Numbered from the stretch's first letter, positions 37,271-47,847 are shown. The stretch is 64,000 bases of DNA from Candidatus Omnitrophota bacterium (GCA_003140935.1 PLLJ01000021.1:4555-68554), one strand, 5' to 3'. The notes: generated by a model from the letters alone, not told the origin. Numbers and translations: made by a program.

Positions 37271-37975
37271 TTACGATTCCTTTTTCGGAGCGTCTTTTTC
37301 GCGCAGGCGCTCGAAGAATGTGATGTGGAGGCGGCTGACAAAGATACGCTCGATCACCAGCGCGATCACCAGGATCGCGGTAGCGATGATCAGAGGGATT
37401 TCTTCGGCCGGCGGTACTTTAGCGAGGAAAAGTTTGTCATAAAGCTGGATCATCATGAGCATAAGGAGGATGCCGGCGACCGTGATGTACTCGTGATGCT
37501 TGATGATGCGGCTCCAAAGGAAAGATCCCTTTTCAGGCGCTGCGTAAGGCGTCAGCCGCGGAAGGAATGAAGGGACGTTCTTGCAATAATCCCCGTAAGG
37601 TTTGCCGAACATCTCCCGCAGGTGTTTTTCTTCGCCGCGAATGGTTCCGGTATAGATCCCCAAGAACCCGACAAGAAAAAGGACCAGAATGATCCAGTTC
37701 CAGACGATCACGACCACGCCCAGCCCCAAGAAGAAATTACCGACATAGAGAGGATTGCGTACGAAAGCATAAGGACCGCTTGTGGCCAGTTTCTGTCCCT
37801 TTTTTTCCACGAATCCGAGCGCCCAAAAACGGATCAATTCCCCGGTGAGGACAAGGACCGTGCCCCATTGGAAACTCCGGTCGTTCATGTGAGAGCAAAG
37901 GAGCAAGATAGGGATCGAACCCCAGGCCAACAACAGCCTCATTTTTTTGAACTTGAACCACCCGCGTATGGACAT
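37271..37975 (-). CDS. Isoprenylcysteine carboxyl methyltransferase / phospholipid methyltransferase family membrane protein
   Basis: Multi-TM. GPYAFVRNPLYVGNFFLGLG and the EE..L...FG..Y..Y motif are typical of the ICMT/PEMT family. Confidence 0.65.
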   Translation of the reverse strand: MSIRGWFKFKKMRLLLAWGSIPILLLCSHMNDRSFQWGTVLVLTGELIRFWALGFVEKKGQKLATSGPYAFVRNPLYVGNFFLGLGVVVIVWNWIILVLFLVGFLGIYTGTIRGEEKHLREMFGKPYGDYCKNVPSFLPRLTPYAAPEKGSFLWSRIIKHHEYITVAGILLMLMMIQLYDKLFLAKVPPAEEIPLIIATAILVIALVIERIFVSRLHITFFERLREKDAPKKES

Positions 37976-38127
37976 AATTCCTCCCGTTGAATAATGGGGG
38001 ATTATACTTGAGCTTGCTCCAAGATGCAGGGATTTCTTTTTTAAAAATCCCGGGAAAGCGCTTCAACGGATTGTCTGCATTACCGCAGGCGTGCGATCCA
38101 GCCCCTGAGAGATAGCAGATTTTTTCC

Positions 38128-39225
38128 TCAATCCCGCGGCAGATGACACTGCGGTCTCATCCCGCGCTTTTCGAAATATCGCTGATGATAGTCCTCGGCT
38201 TTGTAGAATTCCTCCGCGGGCGTGATCCCGGTGACGATCGGGCGCTTGAACTTCCCGGATTTCTCCAGTTTTTCTTTTAAAGCGCGAGCCTCTTTTTCCT
38301 GTTCCGGAGAGTTATAAAAAATCGCGGAGCGGTACTGATCGCCGATATCCGGACCCTGACGGTTGACCGTCGTCGGGTCGTGGATCAACCAGAAAGTTTC
38401 CAGAAGTTTTTTGTAAGAAACTTTTGCCGGGTCGAATTCGATCTGCACCGCTTCCGCGTGTCCGGTCGTGTGCGAACAAACCTGGTCATAGGTCGGATCC
38501 TTCGTGTGGCCCCCCGTATAACCCACCGTAGTTTTGAGCACTCCCGGGACTGTTCTGAAGGCTGATTCCACGCCCCAGAAACATCCGGCCGCAAAAGTCG
38601 CGACCTGTGTCTTTTCTTTAGGAACCGTCGCGGCCTTTTTTGTTTCCTGACCAAATAATGTTAAATACCGGCCGTAACCCTCCTTCTCCATATCTTCGAG
38701 AGGGATGAACCGGAGCGAAGCGGAGTTGATGCAATAGCGAAGCCCCGTGGGCGCAGGTCCGTCCGGAAAAACATGACCGAGATGCGAGTCGCCTTTCGAA
38801 GAACGGACCTCGGTGCGTTCCATACCGAGGGCGGCATCCGATTTTTCGACGACCGCGCCTTTCTCGATCGGCTTAATGAAGCTCGGCCAACCGGTCTTGG
38901 AGTCGAATTTATCGGTCGAACTGAAGAGAGGTTCGCCCGTGACCCTGTCCACGTAGATCCCGGGTTTTTTATTGTTCCAGTATTCGTTTAGAAAAGGCGC
39001 CTCCGTGCCGTTCTCACGGATCACTTTATACTGTTCCGGCGTGAGGAGTTTTTTGAGTTCGGCATCGCTAGTGGGAAGGGCACATTGCATACCCTTTGAA
39101 ACGTCTTGCTTCTTGGATTTTTCCGTCATGGGGAAACCCTCCTGTGGGGCTTGGAACCCAAGCCCGAATGTGACGAGGCCAATGAACATTCCTATCATTA
39201 ACTTTCTCATGACGAATTGTACCAT
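38128..39225 (-). CDS. msrAB: Bifunctional peptide-methionine sulfoxide reductase MsrB-MsrA with signal peptide
   Basis: MsrB: GWPSF..., [17 protein letters not shown]. MsrA: [16 protein letters not shown]-terminal hydrophobic leader ([19 protein letters not shown]). Confidence 0.85.
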   Translation of the reverse strand: MVQFVMRKLMIGMFIGLVTFGLGFQAPQEGFPMTEKSKKQDVSKGMQCALPTSDAELKKLLTPEQYKVIRENGTEAPFLNEYWNNKKPGIYVDRVTGEPLFSSTDKFDSKTGWPSFIKPIEKGAVVEKSDAALGMERTEVRSSKGDSHLGHVFPDGPAPTGLRYCINSASLRFIPLEDMEKEGYGRYLTLFGQETKKAATVPKEKTQVATFAAGCFWGVESAFRTVPGVLKTTVGYTGGHTKDPTYDQVCSHTTGHAEAVQIEFDPAKVSYKKLLETFWLIHDPTTVNRQGPDIGDQYRSAIFYNSPEQEKEARALKEKLEKSGKFKRPIVTGITPAEEFYKAEDYHQRYFEKRGMRPQCHLPRD

Positions 39226-39286
39226 TCAAGCGGTGCCCCTGAAATAGGGGCTAAGCTGTAAGCGCTGTAAGAAAAAAGAGGGGAAG

Positions 39287-40504
39287 CTAAATGCTGATTT
39301 TGGAGACTTCGCGTTTCATGGCAAAGAAGAAGGGCAATGAGGCGAGTTCTAAAACCGCGACGCCGATCATGAGCGTGGGGAGCGAGCGATCGTAGAGAAA
39401 ACCCATCACGACACCACCCGCAAGCATCGCAAGGCCGTAGGCCACATTCAGAATGCCGTAACCCGTGCCGCGCTTCTTGAGCGGCGTGATGTCCGCGATC
39501 GCAGACTTCATGATGGTTTCATGCCCTGCCATGACAATGCCCCAGAGAATGATGCTTACAATGACGACCCAGGGTATGACAGTGAAACAAAGGAACGGGA
39601 TCACAGCCGAGAGGACCGGGATCATGAGAAGCGTTCCGATACCGGCCCATTCGTGTTTTTGTTTTTCTTTCATCCGATCATAAATTTTCCCGATCACGAG
39701 CGCGGCGGCGCCGTCGACGCCCATGGCGATCGCGTAGAAAAAAGGGATCTGGGCGTCAGAAAGCACATGCTGGGATTTAAAATGATAAGCCATCAGGACA
39801 AAGCTTACGAAGCCCGCAGTGGCGAAGAAACTGAATGCGGTATAGAGCCAAAAGATCTTCGGGAGTTTTTCAGATTCGTTTTTCATGACCGAGGTTTCGA
39901 GTATTTCCGGGTTCGGGGTTTTCCAATAAGCGAAAAGGACGCAGGCCATGCAAAAGAAAAAAGGAAGCCAAAGCAGATGATAACCCGCCTGATAATCCCG
40001 GAGGCCTTTTTCGGCCTGGGCGGTTCCCATGAACGCGACCGTGAAAAGAAGAGGCCCGATGATCGCCCCGATCTGGTCCATGGCCTCATTGAGGCCGAAA
40101 CCGAATCCCGTGCCAACCTGTTTGGTGGCTTGAGAAAGGAGGGTGTCTTTAGCGGGGCTTCGGATGGCTTTTCCGATGCGTTCCATTACGATCAGGAGCG
40201 CCGCGATCTTCCAGAAGCCGGTGAGTGCCAGAAGAGGGACACTGATGAGCAGGGCATAACCCAGGATCGTGAAGAACCAATAGGATTTCGTTTTGTCCGA
40301 AAAATACCCGGACAAAAGGCGTACGCCGTAGCCCATGAATTCTCCCAGTCCCGAGATGAATCCGACGACAAGGGCATTGGCCCCGAGGACTTTGAGATAC
40401 GGACCATTGACGCTTCGCGCCCCTTCGTAAATGATATCTCCAAAGAGACTTATGAGGCCGAAGAGGACGATGAGCTGAAGGGCTTTTCTTTTATTTTGAT
40501 CCAT
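39287..40504 (-). CDS. MFS transporter
   Basis: 12-TM profile with an MFS-type loop; 405 aa. Confidence 0.75.
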   Translation of the reverse strand: MDQNKRKALQLIVLFGLISLFGDIIYEGARSVNGPYLKVLGANALVVGFISGLGEFMGYGVRLLSGYFSDKTKSYWFFTILGYALLISVPLLALTGFWKIAALLIVMERIGKAIRSPAKDTLLSQATKQVGTGFGFGLNEAMDQIGAIIGPLLFTVAFMGTAQAEKGLRDYQAGYHLLWLPFFFCMACVLFAYWKTPNPEILETSVMKNESEKLPKIFWLYTAFSFFATAGFVSFVLMAYHFKSQHVLSDAQIPFFYAIAMGVDGAAALVIGKIYDRMKEKQKHEWAGIGTLLMIPVLSAVIPFLCFTVIPWVVIVSIILWGIVMAGHETIMKSAIADITPLKKRGTGYGILNVAYGLAMLAGGVVMGFLYDRSLPTLMIGVAVLELASLPFFFAMKREVSKISI

Positions 40505-40550
40505 AAATGAAGCTTACTGATTTTAGGCGGGAAATCAAATAGAATGTGAG

Positions 40551-40640
40551 GCGTGAAGCACCGCGGGACTCGCATCTCGGGACTCGGGAACCGTAAAGAC
40601 GAGAAACCCATTACGAGTCCCAAGGAACAAGTCCCGGTTT
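40551..40640. repeat. Palindromic intergenic repeat element, copy B
   Basis: cgcgggactcgcatctcgggactcgggaaccgtaaagacgag...cgagtcccaaggaacaagtcccgg is alignable over ~75 nt with copy A at 28139-28220. Confidence 0.6.
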
Positions 40641-40675
40641 TTTAAGAAACCCAAAGTTTGGGGATGTTCTAAGTT

Positions 40676-41938
40676 ATGAAAAACAATTTTTGGAAGCATT
40701 ACTCCTTTTCCATTCTTTTGCTTTGCTCGATCGCTTTTGGGGCCGGATTGGGGATCCTCTTCAAGGAAAAGATCGCGTTCGTAAAACCACTCGGTGATAT
40801 TTTTCTGAACCTGCTTTTCACGGCCGTGGTGCCGCTCGTCTTTTTTTCGATCTCCTCGTCGATCGCGGAAATGTCCGATCTCCACCGCCTCGGGAAGATC
40901 ATGACGTGGATGATGGTTCTATTCGTGGCGACGGGCTTGATCTCGGCGTCACTTATGATCCTGGGGGTGAAGATCTATCCGCCGGTACTAACAGGCCCTC
41001 CGATCCTTCAAATGAGCGCAGGCATCACACAGGTGAAGACCGTCGAGCAATTGGTGGGAGCCTTTACGGTGTCTGATTTCGTGCGGTTGCTTTCCAAGCA
41101 GAACATGCTGGCCTTGATCGTGTTCTCGATCCTGATCGGACTTTCGGCATCTTTGGCACGAGAGGACGGTAAAGCCTTCGTCAACTTCCTGGTCTCCGGC
41201 AATAAGGTGATGATGAAAGCGATCCACCTGATCATGTTCTACGCGCCTGTCGGCCTCGGCGCCTATTTTGCGTATTTGACCGGCGTGTTCGGTCCCCGTC
41301 TTTTGGGTTCCTATGCCAGGGTTGTCGTGCTTTATTATCCGTTCTCGATCCTCTATTTTTTTCTTGGATTTTCTTTCTATGCGTTCCTTGCAAGCGGAAT
41401 GAACGGCGTAAGAACGTTTTGGGTGAATATCATCCCCGCATCCCTGACCGCGCTGGGTACCGGAAGCAGCCTTGCGACCATCCCTTCCAATATCGAGGCG
41501 GCGGACAGGATCGGTGTGCCACGCGACATCTCAAAGATCGTCATCCCGATCGGTGCGACGGTTCACATGGATGGCACTTGCATTTCAGCGGTCGTGAAGA
41601 TAGCACTTCTTTTCGGATTTTTTGGCATGAAATTCTCCGGGATCGGTACGATCGCGACGGCACTCGGCATCGCGCTTCTGAGCGGGATCGTCATGACCGG
41701 TATTCCCGGGGGCGGATTTTTAGGTGAACTCCTGATCGTGACGCTTTATGGGTTTCCGCCCGAAGCGCTCCCGATTATTTCCATGGTCGGGACCTTGGTG
41801 GATCCGCCCGCAACCATGGTCAACGCGATCGGCAGCAATTCGGTCAGTATGCTGATTGCCCGGATCCTCGGCGGCCCCAATTTTTTAATAAAAGAGAATC
41901 GTGGCAGGGAAAAACGTCTTAATGAAAGCCCGGATTAA
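40676..41938 (+). CDS. Dicarboxylate/amino acid:cation symporter (DAACS, GltP/SstT-like)
   Basis: Multi-TM. PIGATVHMDGT and SMVGTLVDPPATMVNAIGS re-entrant loop motifs are typical of DAACS. Confidence 0.8.
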   Translation: MKNNFWKHYSFSILLLCSIAFGAGLGILFKEKIAFVKPLGDIFLNLLFTAVVPLVFFSISSSIAEMSDLHRLGKIMTWMMVLFVATGLISASLMILGVKIYPPVLTGPPILQMSAGITQVKTVEQLVGAFTVSDFVRLLSKQNMLALIVFSILIGLSASLAREDGKAFVNFLVSGNKVMMKAIHLIMFYAPVGLGAYFAYLTGVFGPRLLGSYARVVVLYYPFSILYFFLGFSFYAFLASGMNGVRTFWVNIIPASLTALGTGSSLATIPSNIEAADRIGVPRDISKIVIPIGATVHMDGTCISAVVKIALLFGFFGMKFSGIGTIATALGIALLSGIVMTGIPGGGFLGELLIVTLYGFPPEALPIISMVGTLVDPPATMVNAIGSNSVSMLIARILGGPNFLIKENRGREKRLNESPD

Positions 41939-42057
41939 GCCGAAAAGAAAGTAGCGTTGCGGGAGTTTTTTTCTTAGAATAATGTCAACCTTTTGGCCCG
42001 ATGTCCCTATTTGAAAAATAAGCCGAGTTGGCAGGAGTGGTCGGCAAAGGAGACGGT

Positions 42058-42435
42058 ATGGCGGTGAAAAAGATACTGGTCATTGATGATGATGGGGACT
42101 ACACAAAAATGCTCGAGTTACAATTGGAGGCAAAGGGTTATGAGATCTTGATCTCCAAAGATGGGGAAGAAGGGTTCGAAAAGGCTTTGGCCGAAAAGCC
42201 GCACCTGATCCTGCTGGATATCAAAATGCCGGAAATGGACGGGTTCACTTTTGTGCGGCGGCTGAGAGCCAACGAAGCGATCAAGAAAATACCCGTTGTG
42301 ATCCTGACCGGCTATGAGGCGATGAGAGATCTGTTCCGGTTCGAGGGGATCGCGGGTTACTTTGTGAAAGGGGGCGATAGGGCCGTCCTCTTCAAGAGCA
42401 TCGAAGACATACTCCTGTCCGCAGAATCCGCCTGA
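42058..42435 (+). CDS. Single-domain response regulator (CheY-like receiver)
   Basis: ILVIDDDGDYTKMLELQLEAKGYEI...LILLDIKMPEMDGF (phospho-acceptor Asp) ...PVVILTG. AAGGAG Shine-Dalgarno before the ATG at 42058. No output domain. Confidence 0.75.
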   Translation: MAVKKILVIDDDGDYTKMLELQLEAKGYEILISKDGEEGFEKALAEKPHLILLDIKMPEMDGFTFVRRLRANEAIKKIPVVILTGYEAMRDLFRFEGIAGYFVKGGDRAVLFKSIEDILLSAESA

Positions 42436-42613
42436 TTATCATTAATTTTTTCAACAGAAAATCAGCCCTGGTTCCCATAATTGAAAATTGACAGGTAACC
42501 AGGACAGTCCTGATCGCCCTTGAGGAAAAGAAAAACAAGACTTGGGCGCCTGATCCTCTCCAATTTTTTATTTCTCCCCCCAACATTCTTTGTAATGAAA
42601 AATGTTATGGGTC

Positions 42614-42643
42614 TTGGGAAAAGTGTTCTATCGGTGGTATAAT
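42614..42643 (+). promoter_or_regulatory. Candidate sigma70-type promoter with extended -10 upstream of the hyf-like operon
   Basis: TTGGGA (42614-42619), 18-nt spacer, TGgTATAAT (42635-42643). It lies ~90 nt upstream of the ATG at 42734, which is preceded by AAAGGTGG. Confidence 0.4.
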
Positions 42644-42733
42644 ACAAAAGTCTGCCCCAGGTTGGGTCCATAAAACAGATCCTTCTACCCTAAAAACATT
42701 CGCAGGCATCATTCCAAAGGTGGTTTTAAAAAA

Positions 42734-44761
42734 ATGGCGTTATTCTTTTATGCTCAAATTCTGCTCCATATTTTAGGAGGGATCGCGGGTTTTCTTTTTG
42801 AACAGCACGGAGAAAAGGCGAACCGCCTGACGCATGGTTTGGCTGTTCTGGCGAGCGCAGCGGGCATTCTTTTTTCACTCGGGATACTTCTGATCGGGAA
42901 ACCCTGGGCCTTAGAATGGCAGGGAAGTTTCCCTGTGGGCGCTCTGCGGTTTGTGGCGAATCCATTTTCGGCTTTTTTTCTCCTGATCATTTCTTTCCTC
43001 TCCTTGGCCGCTTCCATTTTTGCCATCGGTTATACACGGGAATTTCAAGGGAAAAAAAATATCGCTCTTTTAGGTTTTTTCTACAATTTTTTCATACTGG
43101 CCATGCTGTTCGTGGTTACGGTGCAAAATGCCTTTTATTTTCTCTTTTTTTGGGAACTGATGTCCCTCACCTCCTACTTTCTCGTGATCTTCGAACATGA
43201 AAGACCCGAAACCCGGTCTGCCGGGACGCTTTACCTGATCATGACGCATGTGGGGACCGCCTTTATTACCGCCGCATTTTTGCTCCTTTTTATCCATGCC
43301 GGGTCTTTTTCATTCGACGCATTCCGGGAAGCTGCCAGCACGCTGTCTCCGGTTCTTAAAAACGTTATTTTTCTCGCGGCGCTCATCGGATTCGGGACCA
43401 AGGCCGGCGTGATCCCGCTCCACATCTGGTTGCCCCGGGCCCACCCGCAGGCACCCAGCCATGTTTCGGCGCTCATGTCAGGCGTTATGATTAAAACGGC
43501 TGTTTATGGGCTGCTTGTGTTTCTTTTTAATTTTTTGGGGGAAACGCCCGGCTGGTGGGGACATGTGATGCTTGCAGTCGCCATTCTTTCCACACTCCTC
43601 GGCATTCTTTATGCGCTCATGGAAAACGATCTGAAAAGATTGCTCGCTTTTTCCAGTATCGAAAACATGGGAATCATCCTTCTGGGTGTCGGGATGGCAC
43701 TCGTCTTCAGAACACTTCACCAGCCTCTTTACGCAGGCTTCGCCCTTATTGCGGCCCTTTATCATGTGATCAACCACGCAATATTCAAAGGGCTTCTGTT
43801 TCTTGGCGCGGGTTCGGTCCTTTCCGGAACGCACACGCGGAACATAGAGGGCCTCGGGGGATTGATCCGGAGAATGCCCTGGACCGCCTCTTTTTTCCTG
43901 GTGGGAGCCATGGCCATTGCCGCGCTTCCGCCGCTGAATGGTTTTATAAGCGAATGGCTGACCTTTATCGCACTTCTTTTGGGATGCGAAAGCGTGAGTC
44001 CGGCCATGCGTTTTTTTTCACCGCTTTTAGCCGCGCTTCTTGGGCTTGCGGGCGCTTTGGCAGCGACTTGTTTTGTGAAGGCTTTTGGCATCAGCTTTTT
44101 AGGGAAGCCCCGCTCTGAACGCGCCGCTCACGCGCATGAAGCGGGCGGATTCATGAAAGTCGGAATGGGGATCCTGGCCGCGAGTTGTTTTGGGTTAGCG
44201 TTGACTGCGCCGTGGATTCTGCCCATGCTTGGGGAAGCGGCAAAAACTTTATCAGCCACGGATATTTCTATGACAGGGCTAACGCAAAAAGTGTTTTTAA
44301 TGTCACCCTCAGGGTCGAGCCAATTTTCTCCGCTTCTTATCGCTATGATCCTTTCAGTATTTCTGCTCGGGACCGTGATCCTTCTCCGGTTGACCTTTGG
44401 AAAGCAACATGTCCGGATCGGTCCCAGTTGGGATTGCGGTATGCCGGGACTTGAGCCCCGGATGCAATATACCGCAACGGGTTATTCCAAACCTTTGCGG
44501 CGGATTTTTTCTTTTCTCTATCAGCCGACCCGGCGCGTGGAATTGGAGGATGAAGGTCATGCCATGCTCAGGACTGCGCAGCGTTTTGAGTCAAAGATCA
44601 CCCATCACGTGGATGAATGGGTCTATCAACCTTTGTCTGAGCTTGTGGTCGATCTTTCCCGGAAGGCCAAGCAGATCCAGACAGGGCACATCCAGCTTTA
44701 TTTAAGTTATATTTTTATCACGCTGATCCTCCTGCTTCTTTTCTTCGGAGGGCGCTCCTGA
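42734..44761 (+). CDS. HyfB/HycC/NuoL-like proton-pumping antiporter-type membrane subunit
   Basis: 675 aa, ~16 TM. GTKAGVIPLHIWLPRAHPQAPSHVSALMSG is the conserved NuoL/HyfB motif. Confidence 0.8.
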   Translation: MALFFYAQILLHILGGIAGFLFEQHGEKANRLTHGLAVLASAAGILFSLGILLIGKPWALEWQGSFPVGALRFVANPFSAFFLLIISFLSLAASIFAIGYTREFQGKKNIALLGFFYNFFILAMLFVVTVQNAFYFLFFWELMSLTSYFLVIFEHERPETRSAGTLYLIMTHVGTAFITAAFLLLFIHAGSFSFDAFREAASTLSPVLKNVIFLAALIGFGTKAGVIPLHIWLPRAHPQAPSHVSALMSGVMIKTAVYGLLVFLFNFLGETPGWWGHVMLAVAILSTLLGILYALMENDLKRLLAFSSIENMGIILLGVGMALVFRTLHQPLYAGFALIAALYHVINHAIFKGLLFLGAGSVLSGTHTRNIEGLGGLIRRMPWTASFFLVGAMAIAALPPLNGFISEWLTFIALLLGCESVSPAMRFFSPLLAALLGLAGALAATCFVKAFGISFLGKPRSERAAHAHEAGGFMKVGMGILAASCFGLALTAPWILPMLGEAAKTLSATDISMTGLTQKVFLMSPSGSSQFSPLLIAMILSVFLLGTVILLRLTFGKQHVRIGPSWDCGMPGLEPRMQYTATGYSKPLRRIFSFLYQPTRRVELEDEGHAMLRTAQRFESKITHHVDEWVYQPLSELVVDLSRKAKQIQTGHIQLYLSYIFITLILLLLFFGGRS

Positions 44762-45711
44762 TGCCGGCGATCCTTTTATCCGTTTTTCAACTCTTGTTCT
44801 TGTCGATCCTGGCTCCTGCCCTTAGCTGGTTCATCAAAAAAATGAAGGCGGCCTCACAGAACCGCGTGGGACCAAGCTTGGTCCAGGTCTATTCGGATCT
44901 GCTGAAATTGTTCCGGAAGAACATGGTCATCTCGGAAACGGCATCCTGGATCTTTCATGCCATGCCTTTCGTCCTTTTTATGTCAACCTTTGTGGCGGCT
45001 TCCATGCTGCCAATCTTAGGCATCCGTTCTCTTTTTGGTTTTACGGGGGACGTGATCCTCTTTGTTTATCTCCTGGCTTTGGGGCGTTTCTTTTTAACAC
45101 TTGCGGCATTGGATACCGGTACCACGTTCGGTGGGATGGGTTCAAGCCGGGAAATGACGCTCTCTTCGCTCGCGGAACCGGCGCTTCTTCTCGCTTTTTT
45201 TTCCTTGGGTTTTCGTGCCCATACCCTATCCTTGGAAGGGATTGTTTCCTATTTTGCTTCCGGATCTCCTACTCAGATGCTGTTTTTCACAAGCCTTACT
45301 TTCGGCGCGCTGCTGATCGTAACGATTGCGGAAAGCGGAAGGATCCCTGTGGATAATCCGGCAACACACCTGGAGCTGACCATGGTCCACGAGGCCATGA
45401 TCCTCGAATACTCCGGACAGTATCTGGCTCTGATCGAATGGAGCCATCAGATCAAACAGCTGGTGTTCTTGACGCTCTTGTCGGATCTTTTCTTCCCCTG
45501 GGGGATTTCGAGTTCATGGGGCTTTCTGGCTTTTGGATTGTCGCTGGTACTTTACCTCGCGAAGGTTTTTTTTCTGGCATTTGTGATCGGATGGATTGAG
45601 ATCCATTCCGCAAAATTGCGCCTTTTCAGGGTTCCGGACCTGCTCGCGGTGGCTTTTGTTCTGGCCATCCTTTCTCTCCTGGGACAACTGATCATCGGGA
45701 GGGGAGCATGA
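44761..45711 (+). CDS. HyfC/HycD/NuoH-like membrane subunit
   Basis: 316 aa. Overlaps the upstream stop. 8-TM NuoH-like profile (..EAMILEYSGQYLALIE..). Confidence 0.75.
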   Translation: MPAILLSVFQLLFLSILAPALSWFIKKMKAASQNRVGPSLVQVYSDLLKLFRKNMVISETASWIFHAMPFVLFMSTFVAASMLPILGIRSLFGFTGDVILFVYLLALGRFFLTLAALDTGTTFGGMGSSREMTLSSLAEPALLLAFFSLGFRAHTLSLEGIVSYFASGSPTQMLFFTSLTFGALLIVTIAESGRIPVDNPATHLELTMVHEAMILEYSGQYLALIEWSHQIKQLVFLTLLSDLFFPWGISSSWGFLAFGLSLVLYLAKVFFLAFVIGWIEIHSAKLRLFRVPDLLAVAFVLAILSLLGQLIIGRGA

Positions 45712-46367
45712 GTCCGGAACTCGCGGCTTCGGCGATCCATTTTTTGGGGATGATGCTTTTGATCGCTTCTTTCTGGATCCTCACGTCTTCCCAGATCGGC
45801 ATGAGCATCCGCGCCTACGCCGCGCACTCTTTTCTGCTCGCGCTTATTACCGCGGTGATCGCGGTCACGAACCATGTGGAGCATCTGTTGGTCCCCGCGC
45901 TCTTGACGCTCGTTCTCAAGACGATCGTGATTCCGAACGTTTTTTTCAGGATCATCCGGCGGCTCGGGATCCGCAAAGAGGTCGAAAGTTATATCAACAT
46001 TCCCTTTTCGCTTCTTTTGGCCGTATTGCTCGTGTTTGTTTCGTTCTATGTCACGGGGGACGACAAGATCCTGAAGCCGGTCGCATTCAGCGAGTTCATT
46101 CCGCTCGCCATTTCGACCGTTTTTTTCGGCATGTTGATGATGACGACCCGGAAAAAGGCGATCAATCAGGTCCTCGGCCTGCTTCTGATCGAGAACGGCC
46201 TTTTTTTGATGGCCATCACCATGACCTTCGGCATGCCGCTTTTGGTCGAGATGGGGATCTTTTTCGACGTGCTGGTCGCCGTGATGATCATGGGAATTTT
46301 TGTTTTCAAGATCCGCGACGCTTTTGAAAGCATCGATGCGGATGATATGACCGTTTTGAAAGGATAA
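45708..46367 (+). CDS. HyfE-like small membrane subunit
   Basis: 219 aa and 6-7 TM. Overlaps the upstream stop (ATGA). Size and position match HyfE of hyf-type operons. Confidence 0.65.
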   Translation: MSPELAASAIHFLGMMLLIASFWILTSSQIGMSIRAYAAHSFLLALITAVIAVTNHVEHLLVPALLTLVLKTIVIPNVFFRIIRRLGIRKEVESYINIPFSLLLAVLLVFVSFYVTGDDKILKPVAFSEFIPLAISTVFFGMLMMTTRKKAINQVLGLLLIENGLFLMAITMTFGMPLLVEMGIFFDVLVAVMIMGIFVFKIRDAFESIDADDMTVLKG

Positions 46368-46371
46368 TGCC

Positions 46372-47847
46372 ATGACGATCGACAGGGTGCTTTGGATGCC
46401 CCTTATTTTTGCGTTTCTTTGTTTGATCCCTTGTCCCAAGAGGATGACGCGCCTGACGTTTATGACCGGCGCCGTTCTTTCCGCGATCGGAGCATGGCTC
46501 TTTGTTTTTGGGACATCCTGGTCGCCCCGCGTGTTTGCTTTTAACGGAAATCTTATGATGGATTCGCTGTCCGCGGTCTTTGTGCTTCTGATCACGAGCG
46601 TCGGAGTGCTTTCCGCCGTCTATGCGGGGGGATATCTCTTCAAGGAAGGGGATTCGAGCATTTCTCCTTTAAGGCTTCGCCGGTATGCTTTCTTTTTCCA
46701 TCTTTTCCTTTTTACCATGCTTTTGACCGTTTTTTCCAATAATCTTGGCATCATGTGGATCGCGATCGAGGGGACGACGCTAGCGTCGGCCTTCTTGGTC
46801 AACGTGGATGATAAAAAAAGTTCGATCGAAGCCGCATGGAAATATCTGATCCTTTGCAGCGTTGGGATCGCGCTTGCGCTTTTCGGGATCATCCTGGTCT
46901 ATTATTCGGCGATCGCTCAAGCGGTGGTAGGAGAAAGCGGTTTTTTACTGAATTGGACCTTCCTTTTGAGCAAGGCCAAACAGTTGGATCCGCAAGTTCT
47001 CCGGCTTGCCTTTATCTTCATTCTTGTGGGCTATGGCACGAAGGCAGGCCTCGCGCCGTTCCATTCCTGGCTTCCGGACGCGCACAGCCAGGCTCCGGCC
47101 CCCGTGAGCGCGCTTCTTTCCGGCGTACTTTTAAGCTGTGCGACTTTGGGGATCCTGAGGTTCCACATCCTGACCACGGCCGCGACCGGCTCCGCATTCT
47201 CAGGCACACTTCTCATTTTATTTGGGGTGCTTTCTGTAGCCGTTGCGACGCCCTTTATCCTGGAGCAAAAAGATTATAAACGTCTTCTAGCCTATTCCAG
47301 TGTCGAGCATATGGGGCTTGCGGCTGTGGGACTGGGTTTTGGCGGCGTACTCGGGATCTACGCAGCGATTCTTCATATCGTGAACCATGCATTCACCAAA
47401 TCCCTGCTTTTTTTCAGTTCAGGGCATCTGCTCCATCTTTTTCAGACCAAGGAGATCGGTAAAGTCAAAGGGATCTTCCGGAGGAATCCGTTTTTAGGCG
47501 TCGTTTTCTTTTTAGGCGCTCTGGCTATTGCCGGAATGCCGCCATTCAGCATTTTTGTCAGCGAATTTCTTATTTTGACCGCAGGATTCCTGGCCGGAAA
47601 ATTCCTTCCGTGCGTCATTTTGCTTGTTTTACTAACACTTATCTTTGTCGGTTTTCTGAGGCATGCAAACCGGATGACTTTTGGCGTTCCGGAAGGGCCG
47701 CCCCCGATCGAGGAAAAAAGTTTCTTGATGGACGGCGTTCTTGGCGTCGGCTTGATCGTGATCTTCGCGATGGGTTTTTATATCCCAGGCCCGTTCCAGC
47801 GACTGCTTTTGGAAGCAGGCCGCGTCGCTGGAGGAGTCATCGTATGA
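46372..47847 (+). CDS. HyfF/HyfD/NuoN-like antiporter-type membrane subunit
   Basis: 491 aa. GTKAGLAPFHSWLPDAHSQAPAPVSALLSG is the conserved NuoM/NuoN motif. Confidence 0.75.
   Translation: MTIDRVLWMPLIFAFLCLIPCPKRMTRLTFMTGAVLSAIGAWLFVFGTSWSPRVFAFNGNLMMDSLSAVFVLLITSVGVLSAVYAGGYLFKEGDSSISPLRLRRYAFFFHLFLFTMLLTVFSNNLGIMWIAIEGTTLASAFLVNVDDKKSSIEAAWKYLILCSVGIALALFGIILVYYSAIAQAVVGESGFLLNWTFLLSKAKQLDPQVLRLAFIFILVGYGTKAGLAPFHSWLPDAHSQAPAPVSALLSGVLLSCATLGILRFHILTTAATGSAFSGTLLILFGVLSVAVATPFILEQKDYKRLLAYSSVEHMGLAAVGLGFGGVLGIYAAILHIVNHAFTKSLLFFSSGHLLHLFQTKEIGKVKGIFRRNPFLGVVFFLGALAIAGMPPFSIFVSEFLILTAGFLAGKFLPCVILLVLLTLIFVGFLRHANRMTFGVPEGPPPIEEKSFLMDGVLGVGLIVIFAMGFYIPGPFQRLLLEAGRVAGGVIV

Noticed and set aside
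39521-40510. 329-aa plus-strand ORF
   Set aside because: Antisense to the MFS transporter gene. Highly charged, low-complexity translation.
45552-46595. 347-aa minus-strand ORF
   Set aside because: Antisense to the HyfE/HyfF-like membrane subunit genes, which have conserved antiporter motifs.
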